NCBI GenBank assembly: GCA_951406725.2
Contig: OX597821.1
Span: 46,128,001-46,192,000 of the forward strand
Source: Octopus vulgaris
Lineage: Eukaryota
Direction of reading: 5' to 3'
DNA length: 64,000 nt
The notes under the pieces were generated by a model. It was not told the origin of the DNA. It did no database searches and worked only from the letters and a program-made list of their open reading frames with translations. This document shows positions 11,780 to 24,478 of the stretch, in pieces. Both the position numbers and the translations under genes were made by a program. Positions within the stretch are counted from its first letter, which is position 1, and each line of letters begins with the position of its first letter.

Positions 11780-12715
11780 CCAGCTTGGAAGTATTTCACC
11801 TGGTGTCGTCAAATGTGCACAGAGCACGCTGTTGCATTATCTGAGGTCCCTGTACTAGAAAGAAGAAGTAATTTCCACAGGAAATGACTGACTGCAATGT
11901 TATTATCCTGTACAAGAAAAAAAAAAGAGATTGAAGCGATTGCAACAACTGTAGCGGAATCCTGTTTCTGAGTATTGTTGGAAAAGTTTCTGTTCGTGTG
12001 GTCGTAAGCAGACTGGAGAAAATTGCTTAAAAGGATTGCCTTGAGTCTCGGTGTGGTTTCAGATCAAAATGCGCCTCAATGGATGCGATTTTCTCTCCCT
12101 GATAGTTACAAGGAAAAAATATAAATGAAAAATAAAACAGAAAGCAAAAACAGTCTCTCCGCATGGCTATCATTGACTTCACGAAGGGCCTTCAACTTTG
12201 TTGAGATGGCCTTTTCAAAATTTCTGGCATTATAAGGTGCCCTACGTTGCTATTCTAAGTTATTCAATCATTCCACACAGACAAAGAATGATGTCATCCA
12301 GTCCGATTACTCTTCTTCGGATCCCTTCAGTAATAGAGTGAAAAAAGCCTTCACCATCATTCCACCTTGTTTGGCACCTTCTTTGCTGTCATGCTGAAAC
12401 ATGCCTTTAGAACATCAGCTGATTGTATTTACCTCCACCCTTGAGATGAAAGAAACTGTTTAGTCTGTTATGACTGAGGGCAGAAACCAATGTACGCCAA
12501 GTAATCATCAGTGTCATGCCATTTGCAGATAATGCCGCACCAGAAACATACTACAAGGAGCAACTGCAACACCTCATGAACAGCCTCACATAACCTTGTG
12601 AGAACTTCGGCTTCACAATCAGTTTGAAGAAGACAAAAACGCTAGGCCAAGGTATTGAACACTCTTTTTCGACTACTATTAACAATTGTGAGCAAGAGGC
12701 AGTCCACGAAGTTCA
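11780..12715 (+). pseudogene. RTE/BovB-like LINE reverse transcriptase remnant
   Basis: Frameshifted motifs PQEM.D.NVIILYK.K..SDCNN..GI..LSIVGKV, ESRCGFR, AIIDFTK, FADNAA, GFTISLKKTK. Confidence 0.85.
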
Positions 12716-12764
12716 GTACAGCCGTTTCAGGCGTGTTCTTTATAGATGAATAAAACAGTTACGT

Positions 12765-12920
12765 CATGTAACTGCATGCCTTTCCCGCCTACGTTCTAAG
12801 GAGTAGTTTCAACTCTTACAGTCTCTCCCAGTAGCTTATATGTTGCATTGAGCCAATGTTTGTGTAGCTTCGCTGGATTGCTTCGAGATCTGTCTTTAAT
12901 TTTACACTGAGTGGTGACCA
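12765..12920 (-). mobile_element. CR1/L2-group LINE internal fragment (older relative of 24794-25722)
   Basis: [20 protein letters not shown]...SYWERL...LERRRER. Confidence 0.8.
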
Positions 12921-12969
12921 TATGTGTGTGTGTGTATGTGTGTGTGCAGGTATATATGTGTGTAGATAA

Positions 12970-13200
12970 GGCGGCGAGCTGGCAGAAACGTTAGCACGTC
13001 GGGCGAAATGCGTAGCCGTATTTCGTCTGCCGTTACGTTCTGGGTTCAAATTCTGCCGAGGTCGACTTTGCCTTTCATCCTTACGGGGTCGATAAATTAA
13101 GTACCAGTTACGCACTGGGGTCGATGTAATCGACTTAATCCGTTTGTCTGTCCTCGTTTGTCCCCTCTACGTTTAGCCCCTTGTGGGTAATAAAGAAATA
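12970..13200 (+). mobile_element. tRNA-derived SINE family B (Meta-domain-like core)
   Basis: GGCGGCGAGCTGGCAGAA head, GTTCAAATTC B box, GCCTTTCATCC..GGGGTCGATAAATTAAGTACC core; TSD TATATATGTGTGTA. Confidence 0.92.
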
Positions 13201-13754
13201 TATATATGTGTGTATGTTTGTATGTAAGTGTATATGTAAGTTTATGTGTTGATATTTGTGTCTATATGTATATATGTATGTATTTATATAGAGAGAGATG
13301 TTCTTGTGCATGTGCTTATGTCTGTTTATGTAATATATGAAGACATATACATGCGCATCCGTCCACACACGCGCGCGCATGCATACATAAACACATTCAC
13401 ACACACACACATATACATACACACACACGCTACTATCTGTAACATGTCCCCCCGGTCAGTTGTATCTTCAGCCTGTTAATTGTCAATCTGGCTAGAATCC
13501 TTATGTAGAATTTCTATGGCCCTCATAAACCCATTCTTGTTTTCCTTTCTGTCTCTATTACTGTTTTCGATTCTGTCACTTTCTGTCTATCTCCATTCCC
13601 AGGGTTTTTTCGTTTTCGTATTGTCTTTTTTGACATCTTCATATACCTATCTTTATACATACATAAATGTTTTAATAAAATCTGCTTTTACACCTCAGAC
13701 TCATTAATTCATTTCCAACATATGTTTGTGCCTCTTCTAGTGGTAATGCTTTTC

Positions 13755-13830
<76 letters not shown>

Positions 13831-13843
13831 CGTGTATGTGTAA

Positions 13844-14050
13844 TTAATCCCCCCACCAAATAAAAAACGAAGGAAAAAAACACAAGCAAAAATAACAACG
13901 CGAGGGACGTGGCACATGAAAAATATTAAGAGGCTCGGGGAAGGAAAGGAAGGTTGTTTTACGTTTCGAGCAAAGCTCTTCTTCAGAAACAGGAGACAGA
14001 GGAAAGTCCAAGAGAAAAGGAAGACGGAGGAAAAACATCGCCAACAATCC
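13844..14050 (-). mobile_element. Penelope-like pseudo-LTR solo element carrying a hammerhead
   Basis: Homologous to 60095-60303; adjoins TA/TG microsatellite. Confidence 0.7.
13956..13990 (-). ncRNA. Minimal type-I hammerhead ribozyme motif
   Basis: gttt-CTGAAGA-a-gagc[ttt]gctc-GAA-acgT-A-aaac. Confidence 0.8.
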
Positions 14051-14139
14051 ACTTGTAGTTACATTTTAATTTATCTATCTAGATATCTATCTTTCCATTC
14101 GCTTCTCTCTCTCACACACACTCACTCTCTCTCTCTTTT

Positions 14140-14170
<31 letters not shown>

Positions 14171-14274
14171 TTCTCTCTCTCTCGTTTTATCAGTTTTCAT
14201 TTGCGTCTCTCATATTTATATGAGGTACAGATTTACTTGGGAAAGCATTTATATATATATATATATATATATAT

Positions 14275-14460
14275 ATGGGAGAGTTTACGAAAAACAAACA
14301 ACAAAAGACGAAGACAGGTGGTGTACAAAACAAACAGATGTATTAGTATAACGCTCAGGAATTGAAAAAGTCTTTTACGTTTCGAGCCTACGCTCTTCTA
14401 CAGAAAGGGACACAGAAAAAAACAAGGAGAGAAAAAAATGCGTGTAGTAGCTACCGATCT
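14275..14460 (-). mobile_element. Penelope-like pseudo-LTR solo element in (TA)n; partial sister copy at 59301-59375
   Basis: Flanked by TA repeats, contains a hammerhead-like motif, and shares GGGAGAGTTTACGAAAA...TATTAGTATAACG with 59301-59375. Confidence 0.65.
14372..14407 (-). ncRNA. Hammerhead-like motif with variant core (CTGTAGA)
   Basis: cttt-CTGTAGA-a-gagc[gtag]gctc-GAA-acgT-A-aaag; stem I covaries relative to the 13956 and 60167 motifs. Confidence 0.6.
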
Positions 14461-14639
14461 ATATATATATACACACACAAACACACACATAAATGTAAAG
14501 AATGAAAGCAAAATGGAATGAGATAGGACTCTTTGAAACAACTGAGCAACGGCTAGCCGACCAGGGAAGAGCAACAAGAGCAAAAGGGTTGCTAACAGGC
14601 ATGTAAATATGAAGGAGAGACAAAAATGAAAATTGATAA

Positions 14640-14685
<46 letters not shown>

Positions 14686-15542
14686 TGAAAGGGAGAGAGG
14701 GGGAGAGAGAGAAGCAGATAGAAAGATAGATAAATTAATAGAGATCTTGATAGATAGACTGTGGGGGAGAAATTAGTGAGTGACAGAGAAAGTGATAAAT
14801 AAATTGAAAGCTGTATGGGTGTGTAATTTCTAACGTTCCAGTAAACGCCAGTAAACATTGAAAACATGTTGTAGTTCAGTGAGTTCATTATTTATGATAG
14901 ATGTGTCAACAAAGTATTTAACAGCTTTCCTCTGCTCTTTTTTTATTGTTGATAACTCATTATATCTGGTTGCAGAAATACTTATTCGCTTCACTTAACA
15001 TTCGACATCATGTTGACAATGTTTCGTAAATGTCTTAATCGTTAGATTTCATCATTTGCATAAGAAGCAGTTTTGGAAAACGACTTCAGTAACATGAAAT
15101 ATTGGAATTACTTTAGGTTATTTTTGTCACTACTTAACCCTGTGTCAACCCGATGATCAGAAGCATTTAAGCCGTGATTATTTCATCTTTTTCCTATACA
15201 CAATGAACCGAGGAACACATTATCCAACAAGCCCATTTTAAAGGTAGCTGGGTATGCTCTGAGTGCAACGTGGGTGCTATTTCAGCATTTTTAACAACCA
15301 CAAAATTTACTTCACTACACCTTTGGAAAGGTATGAATGTCACAACTTCATATTCTCTCTTCCTCGCTCTCAAGTTATAGAGTCTTTGTATTTACTTAAC
15401 AGAAATAAGCGTTTTATGCCACAGCGTCGTCCATGAGCAAGCTGTTTGAGTAGAGTCGTTTTGCCAGGAAGAAGGGAGGACAAGAAGGAATATAGAACAG
15501 TGAACCAATATCTGTCCAGCAAAAACAACAATTTATTTCATA

Positions 15543-15838
15543 TCTTTATATATAAAAGTCAAGTTGTGTGTCTGTCTCCTACGATTTAGATTCCTAACTA
15601 CTCCCACATTTTGCGGTGCAGTGTAACCAAAAGCGGGTATCTTATAGTCGTGATTCATATAGAGCCCTTCTGGGTATTAGCGCGCGTCTACGATGAGTCA
15701 ACGATTAAAAAAAAATTTACCATAATTTTTTTCCCATTTTTAATGCATTTTTTTGCTATTTTTTGGCTATAACTCTCTAAAAATGCTTATATAGTTATTT
15801 CCCTTACAAACCCGAGCAACGCCGGGCGATACTGCTAG
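15543..15838 (+). mobile_element. Non-autonomous Helitron, short variant
   Basis: a^TCTTTATATATAAAAG ... hairpin + CTAG^t. Confidence 0.88.
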
Positions 15839-16524
15839 TAAGTAAATAATAATTGGCTAGGATTAACTTTTCATAAACTTCTGTCTGAATGCTGAAAGTA
15901 TTATAACATGCACATTTGGTTGTGCTTAAAACAACAACAAAAAAAAACAAAAAAAAACAAAACAAAAAACTGAATAATATAATCACTACAAGCTGAAAAT
16001 ATGGGGAACATTAATTTCTTCGTAGATCTGAAAGTTCTTCATTGTCTTTTTGATCAGTTGGAATTTCTGTAAAGTTCCACCTGAGTCGGTGTATGGAAGA
16101 GCAATTATAAGAATATGTGAGAAGGCATCTGCGGCTGAACTGTTTGTACACTTTACATAACAAATGTCGTTTGTAAACTGGGGTGAATAAAAAAAAAATC
16201 TACTTAGCTGTCGGATTTCCCGAGGCTTGTTGTCGGTGTGGATAGAGAAGTTTTACTTTCTAAAAGATAGCGCAAGTACGGCCAGGTAAACTAAAAACTC
16301 TCATCTAAATATACCATTATAGAGGATATTCCCGTTTAGAAAAGTACGATGAAGTTTGTCAGTCATCATTCACGAGTTATTGTAAGCCTGTCCCAGCATC
16401 AACCTTCAAAGCAGTCACTAGGTTTTGGACAGATAAACATAGAAGCCTAGGCTAGCTCGTCCTTCATGTTTAAAGAAGATTGCAAAGTGATATCTCGAAC
16501 GTAATAGGCTTCTCTTTTTTTTTC

Positions 16525-16925
16525 TTTTTTGCCTTGTTTCAGTCATTTGACTGCGGGCATGCTGGAGCACCGCCTTTAGTCGAGCAAATCGACCCCAGGA
16601 CTTATTCTTTTGTAAGCCCAGTACTTATTCTATCAGTCTCTTTTGCCGAACCGCTAAGTGACGGGGACGTAAACACATCAGCATTGGTTGTCAAGCGATG
16701 TTGGGGGAACAAACAGACACATAAACACATACACACATATATATATATATATACACACATACACGACGGGCTTCTTTCAGTTTCCGTCTACCAAATCCAC
16801 TCACAAGGCTTTGGTCGGCCTGAGGCTATAGTAGAAGACACTTGCCCAAGATGTCACGCAGTGGGACTGAACCCGGAACCATGTGGTTGGTTAGCAAGCT
16901 ACTTACCACACAGCCACTCCTGCGC
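16525..16925 (-). mobile_element. SINE family A, full length
   Basis: Colinear with the other family A copies. Confidence 0.92.
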
Positions 16926-17986
16926 CTGTTTATTTATACTTTTTTTTTGTTATACCACGAATTAAATGCATGAAAGACTGGGATGTTTCGGTATTATAAA
17001 GAAAAAAGAAAACGTCTGCAGAAATCAATAACTTCTAGAAACGCTTTCGGTTTGCTTTCTGATGAAGAATCAGGAAAATCAAAAATCGACTCTACTTTTT
17101 GGTTCAGTGAGCAAGTTCCATCGTTGTCGATAGGATTTTCTTAGAATGTAAGTGATGATACTCCAATTTCACATTTGTAGAGGTTAATAATAAATCCGTT
17201 ATGCGCAGAAGTTCGAACAAAATTCTGAGTTGTCCTTTATGTATGTCCTGCAAGAAACATGCCATCAACAAGTCGTAAATATAAGTAAACATGAGTGATA
17301 GACCCAGCCCCACATAGGATAGTATCTACGAAAAATTGGAACGTCACAGTGTTAGAAAGACCGAAAGGGATATGAAAAAATTCGAACAAGCCGAAACGTG
17401 TTGCTACAACTGTCTCGGGTTTATCTTCGGGCTTGAGATAAATCTGGCATAGGCTTCAGTAAATGAATTTTCGAGGAAATCCAGGTCAGAGAAAAATTAT
17501 GGACAGGAAGAACTGAGCATCAGTCAGGCACCGTTCACAGAATGGTAATCACTATGCAGACACAATTTGTTAAATTTTGGTGACGTGGGGGATATGTGAA
17601 GAGAAGACCAATTGTGCACGGCCGATTACCAACGTGCCATTCATGATTTTTAAATGTGTTGATCAGGTATCCATGGTTTAGTTGAGACGGAGTCTCCGCA
17701 AGGATCTTTTCACGTCCCTCACAGAAGGCACGCCTGGCAACCCTGCTCAATCATCCAAAAGCATAGAATATTCAGATGATTTTATAGGGCACTTCTTTCC
17801 ACAGACCAAAATCATTTACGTCATAGTATATTCTAACAGAGATAGTCTTTCTAATATTTAAATAATCCTTCTGATGCACGCTATGTGGTGAATTATATAT
17901 ATATATATATATACACACACATATAAATATGTATGTATGTATGTATGCATATATATATATCTATATATCTATATATATGTGTGTGC

Positions 17987-18027
<41 letters not shown>

Positions 18028-18409
18028 GGAATGTATGTTATGGTCGCATAACGAAATATGGGTGTCCCCACCAGCAATTAATAAGTACGTATCAGTTGCC
18101 ACGAATATGTTTGATCTGTAATATTGGTATAGCCAATTGTGTAACACTGTTAAATTTGGTGGCTATTTAAGCAGTGTGTTCGTGGTTAGTTAATACATTG
18201 AATGTAGCACTGAGGAAGGATCAATAACTCCTGAAATATGCATATACAACTATTACCTATTTTTTAATGTTCAATGGCATTGTTTATATAGATTTATTCG
18301 ATTATGAAACGTTGTAACTTTCTGTTCTGGCTCTAATTTCTATTGAGATTCTGTAGCGATAACTTTAATAGTGCTACACATATATATATATAGATATACA
18401 TATACACAT

Positions 18410-18694
18410 GCATGCATACATACATACATAAACCATACATACATACATACATACATACATACATACATACATACACACACACACATACATACATACATAC
18501 ATACATACATACGTACATACATACATACATACATACAAACATACATACATACATACATACATACAAACATACATACATACATACATACAAACATACATAC
18601 ATACATACATACATACATACATACATACATACAAACATACATACATACATACATACATACATACAAACATACATAAATACATACATACATACAT

Positions 18695-18725
<31 letters not shown>

Positions 18726-19037
18726 TACATACATACATACATACATACATACATACATACATACATACATACATACATACATACATACAAACATACATAC
18801 ATACATACTCACACACACACACACACATACATACATACATACAAACATACATACATACATACATACATACATACATACATACATACATACACACACACAT
18901 ACATACATACATACATACATACATACATACATACATACATACATACATACATACATACATACATACATACATAAAAATACATACATACATACATACATAC
19001 ATACATACATACATACATACATACATACATACATACA
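18410..19037. repeat. (TACA)n microsatellite, about 630 bp
   Basis: Direct observation. Confidence 0.97.
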
Positions 19038-19400
19038 TGATTCACAACGCTGTTTGCCTGATTTTGCTTTACCAAAATCTAAGTAAAAAGGATATAAAAC
19101 TGAATTTTAATTATTATTATTAACTTTGATAAATATGTATTGTAATTTTGATGCTTGTTGCTTTTCTGTATATTTCACAAGCAGTTGCATTTGTGCAAAT
19201 ATGTATATATATATATATGCACGCACACTCACACATTCCCACCTACGCACACGCGCACACACGCTCACATATACACACTCACACTCACTCACACACACAT
19301 ACTAAAATATGTGTATGAATATATATATATATATGCATATACATAAGTGAGTGTGCCCATGCATATTTGTGTGTGTGTAACTATGTGTGAAATATACCTC

Positions 19401-19435
<35 letters not shown>

Positions 19436-19559
19436 ATTATACATTTAAGGTATCTTGCAAATCATAAAAATACTCAAGGCATTCGAGGATGGAATTTGTT
19501 AATATTCCAAAATTTATAATAACTTAGGTCTATTTTTAACTGCAGAGAAAAAGCTGCTT

Positions 19560-20335
19560 ATAGTATAATAGAATGTAATATAATATATAAAGTATGATAT
19601 AGTATAATATAGAATACTATGATATAATGCAAACATAGCAGAATATAACATGGTATATACCATAGTACAAAATAATATATACAGTATGATATTATGAAAT
19701 ATAATATACGAAGTTTAATCTATTATACTATAATATAATATATTGTGATATATTGTAAAAAATATGATATAGCTGAGAATATACCATAGGATGATGTAAT
19801 ATATATTTGTATAGTACAATATAATGTAATATAAGAGTCGGGCATAATATAAGATAGTGTAACGTAATTTCATGTAATATGATATATATATATATATAAA
19901 AGCAGGATATAATATATTGTAATATAATATAATATATAATATGATATAATATAATATAATATAATATAATATATAATATAATATAATATAATATAATATA
20001 ATATATAATATAATATAATATAATATAATATAATATGATATAATATAACGTAATGTAATATAATAATATACTATGATATAATGTAATATATATTAGTAGA
20101 TAGATGTGATATAGTAATATATAATATAGTATAGCATAATATAGTAATATATGATATAGTATAGCATAATATAGTATAATATAATATCACGTGACCGACC
20201 AGACCATCAGATGTTGTTACACATCGCTGGTCACAATGCGTTCGCATTGTTTTAGCCTGCGAATGACGCCACCCCGCTGGCTAAGCGAACAGGCCAATAA
20301 TATAATATAGTATAATATAATATAACTTAATATGA
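19560..20335. repeat. (AATAT)n pentanucleotide array with degenerate flanks
   Basis: Near-pure core at 19920-20050. Confidence 0.9.
20187..20297 (-). mobile_element. Isolated 3' tail module of a SINE C variant
   Basis: Near-identical to 57257-57368. Confidence 0.75.
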
Positions 20336-20591
20336 CAAAATAAAATAACTTGTTGACAGTTTAGATTCTTGGTGTAGAATGAGCCATTTATTGGGTCAAT
20401 GCCCGCTGCTTCATGTATTCAAAAACCTTGTGTGTGTGAGTGTGAGTGTGTGTGTGTGAGTGCGCGTGCGTGTATCTATCTATGTATTTATGTACATACA
20501 CGTGGGCACACATTCACGCAAAGAATGAAGAACTTCTTGCATACAGACGAGCCATGCGAAATGTATACAAATATAAATATATGAAAAGTGG

Positions 20592-20631
<40 letters not shown>

Positions 20632-20666
20632 GTGCTTTTATATATCATGTATTGAATAATATGCAA

Positions 20667-21099
20667 GGCGGCGGCGAGCTGGCAGAATCGTTAGCACACC
20701 GTGCGAAATGCTTTGCGGTATTTAGTCTGCTGCTACGTTCTGAGTTCAAATACCGCCGAGGTCCACTTTACCTTTCATCTTTTCGGGATCGATTAAATAA
20801 GTACCAGTTACGCACTGGGGTCGATGTAATCGACTTAATCCGTTTGTCTGTCCTTGTTTGTCTGTCCTTGTTTGTCCCCTCTATGTTTAGCCCCTTGTGG
20901 GTAGTAAAGAAATAGGTATTTCGTCTGCCGCTACGTTCTGAGTTCAAATTCCGCCGCGGTCGACTTTGCCTTTCATCCTATCGGGGTCGATAAATTAAGT
21001 ACCAGCTACGCACTGGGGTCGATGTAATCTACTTAATCCGTTTGTCTGTCCTTGTTTGTCCCCTCTATGTTTAACCCCTTGTAGGTAATAAAGAAACAG
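20667..21099 (+). mobile_element. SINE family B with tandemly repeated 3' part
   Basis: TSD GTATTGAATAATATG at 20649-20663 and 21100-21114. Confidence 0.92.
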
Positions 21100-21164
21100 G
21101 TATTGAATAATATGTGTGTTTATGCAAATACGATTGAATCGTAATTGGTTTAATGTAAAAATAG

Positions 21165-22463
21165 TTGGGGATACCTGATTTAGTTGTTACATTTTTTCAA
21201 TTTATTTGCCTTGGCACCCACATAAATGAACACAGCTGAAGTTTCTTTACAGATTTAATTAGTAAAACATCTCTATTTATTGTTATTACCAACAAAAAAA
21301 CAGAAATTGCATAACATTAATTAGACAGGTTCTAATTAACGAGGTGGTGTCAGCTGTAACAATTTTCCCCGAGTGCGAAGTACGTTGTGACACTTACTGG
21401 GGTTCTTTGTTTCAACTGTCGATAACTCGGAATTATGTTAACAAACAAATTTAGAATGATTACGTCTCCTGCTTCTTGCATCTAGGAAGTATTATTTTGA
21501 TTAATTAACTGTGCTTTGAACCACCTCATATCCTAACTATGATACTGAGAGTCTTCATCCGCCAATTTCCCCATTGTTACATGTGCCATCTAGTCGGAAT
21601 CGTCCTCCATTCACTTCTCACCACACAGATCACACTGAAAAGTCCTGTCGTCCATCGGTACAGTCAGTGTGTGCCCAGTCTTTACAGACCATGCATTGCA
21701 CCCATTCTTCACCTGGAAGGGAGTTGGAATACCAATCTGAGCAGACAAGGCATTTCCAGTCGGCGGCTTACTTTCTGCGAGGCTGCTTCCCTTTACCTTT
21801 ACCTATTTTAGTTGACTTTCCCTTTCCCGTTGTCGCCTTATTTGTACCAGTTTCCTTCTTTGGTTTGGATCTCCGTTCATTTATTTCATCCACTATGCGC
21901 TGTTTTACGGCAACATCCCGTAATGATTTCTTCTGATCCACAGATTTTCTGGTGGTTCTTTCCATGACATCAAGAGGGGTATCCCCCATTGTAGTCTTCC
22001 TTTTGTAATTTCTAGGCATGGCATGTAAAATTGAAATAGAAGGGGTAAGTTGTTACATGCCTGGGGTAAGTTGATACACTGTAACAATTAGCTCCGACCA
22101 TGGATTTCTGGGGATTATCCCGTACACAGCACTAGCAATGCATGGTATTCAGGACACACCTTCATGTATCGAAGGCAACTTCCAACACTTCCTAATGAGC
22201 CACAAAGTACTGCAGTAACGCCATTTGAGCTTTAGTAGTTAAGGAAATAACTTTGAGGCAAAATTTCACTTTGGAGTAAAAAATCGTTTTTTGAGCCATA
22301 ACTTTCCTGGTGACAGCCCACCAATGCAATACACATGCGCAGTCATGATGCTATGGAGTTGGCCTTCACGAGGTAGAGAACCGAGTGTCACCTATTTCTT
22401 GAAGTTGGAAACAATGGGCTTGTAACAACATACCCGTATAACAACTAGACCCGGTCTCCCCAA
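21165..22463 (-). mobile_element. Internally deleted pogo-like DNA transposon (HTH-psq-type N-terminus joined to basic region + PHD finger)
   Basis: Imperfect TIRs TTGGGGATACCTGATTTAGTTGTTACA / TTGGGGAGACCGGGTCTAGTTGTTATA; MPRNYKRKT...SLRDVA; CLVCSDWYSNSLPGEEWVQCMVCKDWAHTDC...CDLC. Confidence 0.75.
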
Positions 22464-22756
22464 TATTTCACAGTGACGCACCTATTTTTTATATTTTATC
22501 GTTGTTACACCAACTGTATGTCTTTGTATAACGAATAAACTCTACATACACGCATATACATGCATAAAAACATAGATAGAGAATAGATAGTGAATACGCA
22601 GTTTTTAAATGTATGCAATAATTAGACATCGTATCTATGATCATGTAGGCACTCACACACGCAGTATGTATGCGTGTGTGTGTGTGTGTATAATCCATTC
22701 TATCTAAAATGTGTGTGTGTGTGTGTGTGTGTGATTTTGTGTGGGTGTGCGCATTA

Positions 22757-22907
22757 TACAAGGGGCTGCTGAAAAGTTCTTGACTTTGAGTAAAAGAAAA
22801 CACAAGAGGATCAGTTAATTATGATTTTATTCAACACATTCACGCTTTCAGATTCACACTCTTATTGCAGCGGTCCTTCAGTTTTTCGAGGTCCTGTAAA
22901 AGAACTC
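22757..22907 (-). mobile_element. mariner 3' terminus fragment
   Basis: TA-CAAGGGGCTGCTGAAAAGTTC TIR-like end and KLKDRCNKSVNL..ECVE* C-terminus. Confidence 0.6.
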
Positions 22908-22971
<64 letters not shown>

Positions 22972-22977
22972 TAATAA

Positions 22978-23533
22978 ATGCCCTGATGCAGTACCAGGCA
23001 GTGGCTCTCATGGCTTCTGATCTTAACTGATTGGAAGTGTTATCATGTACATTGTTTTGTCTTGGTATAAAAGATGGGCTACAGCAAATATTCTGCTCAA
23101 TACCACAGAAATACTTGTCAGTTGTTTGACCATAACCAGTTGAGCATGTCCCTTAGTGGCTGACGATATGTGCATCTCTGATCACGAGCAGAAGTAGTGG
23201 GGGAGCATCATAGCCATGTGTTGAGAAGGATTCTTTGGGGTTTGAATAATTCACCTCTGGAAACATGGGTGTCTCGTTCAACATCCTTAAACAATCTTTA
23301 TTCAGGGACCTTTTGAGCGGGATGGGTTACTCGATCTGAAGAAAATTCTAACTGGGCTCCACCTGCAAGGTCATGTGCTGTTTATCTTGATATGAGATCA
23401 CCATGTCGCGCACATATGGTTGTGATGCATGTGCCTGGTGTACCCTTATCAGACGGGTAGTCATGATGGGTATACTGGGCTTCGTATATTTTACCCCAGT
23501 GTCACTTTGATGGCATGCACTGCTCTCTCATTC
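22978..23533 (+). mobile_element. Non-coding (TAA)n-targeting element, family E
   Basis: (AAT)n on both sides; highly similar to 52368-52913 and 53056-53547. Confidence 0.85.
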
Positions 23534-23598
23534 AATAATAATAATAATAATAATATGACAACAAAAGAATGAATGAGACCTCGATATTATGTAAATAT

Positions 23599-23664
<66 letters not shown>

Positions 23665-23875
23665 GGGTACAGGACACATATTGTCGTTCGATGCTCAAAG
23701 TGTGGAGTAGATGTACGACTGACATCTGATTAGACATCATATCTAAGATAATGTAGGAACTCACACACGCACTCATAGCAATGTGTGTGTATAATCCATT
23801 ATATCGAAAAGGTATGTGTGTGTGTGTGTGTGTATTTATACTTCATAAATAAAGCTGCAAAGACATCCCAAAAAA

Positions 23876-23911
23876 TGTTACTCGGAGTTTCACGTTCTCG
23901 TTCGTCAGACA
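23876..23911 (-). ncRNA. Minimal hammerhead motif (intact core)
   Basis: tgt-CTGACGA-acg[agaa]cgt-GAA-actccgagT-A-aca. Confidence 0.7.
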
Positions 23912-23925
23912 GATTTGGTTGAGAA

Positions 23926-23961
23926 TGTCCGACGAACGGGAACGTGAAACTCTGAGTAACA
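23926..23961 (+). ncRNA. Minimal hammerhead motif (core CCGACGA, U4C variant)
   Basis: tgt-CCGACGA-acg[ggaa]cgt-GAA-actctgagT-A-aca. Confidence 0.55.
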
Positions 23962-24060
23962 GTTTTTGTGATGTCTTTGATGCTTTATCAATAAAGCGTA
24001 TTACTCTACCTCCGGTATACGAGTGCTATTTTTTCCACTTACTCTGGTATATATATATAC

Positions 24061-24168
<108 letters not shown>

Positions 24169-24173
24169 GCTGA

Positions 24174-24478
24174 AGGCGCGTGGTTTAGTGGTTCGGACAT
24201 TCGGCTCAAGATCGTAAGGTCGTGAGTTCAATTCCCGGCCGACGTGTTGTGTCCTTGAGCACGTTGCTCCAGTCCACTCAGACAGCAGAAATGGATAGTA
24301 CCTGTATTTCAAAGGGCCAGCCTTGTTACATTCTGTGTAACGCTGAATCTCCCCGAGAACTACGTTAAGGATATACGTATCTGTGGAGTGCTCAGCCACT
24401 TGCACCTTAATTTAACGAGTAAGCTGTTCCGTTGATCGTATCACCTGGGACCCGCGTCGTCGTAACCGACGGCGTGCT

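Larger units (their letters stand above)
15330..17760 (-). pseudogene. Degenerate Ty3/Gypsy pol (RT, RNase H, possible integrase tail) interrupted by a SINE and a Helitron
   Basis: PEDKPETVVATRFGLFEFFHIPFGLSN..FQ.FVDTIL and FTYIYDLL (YIDD-like) at about 17250-17450; YLLESKNFSIHTDNKP-like RNase H motif at about 16220-16290. Confidence 0.8.
23845..24048. mobile_element. Foldback Penelope-like element with two inverted hammerhead motifs
   Basis: Inverted arms centred near 23918; related to 56295-56485. Confidence 0.65.

Noticed and set aside
16480-16965. Recurrent ORFs such as [13 protein letters not shown] and RQASFSFRLPNPL
   Set aside because: Incidental reading frames within SINE family A copies.
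18333-19086. Long ORFs (MYVC/HTYI repeats) here and similar YIYI, IIII and HTHT ORFs throughout the window
   Set aside because: They are translations of stop-free microsatellites, not genes.
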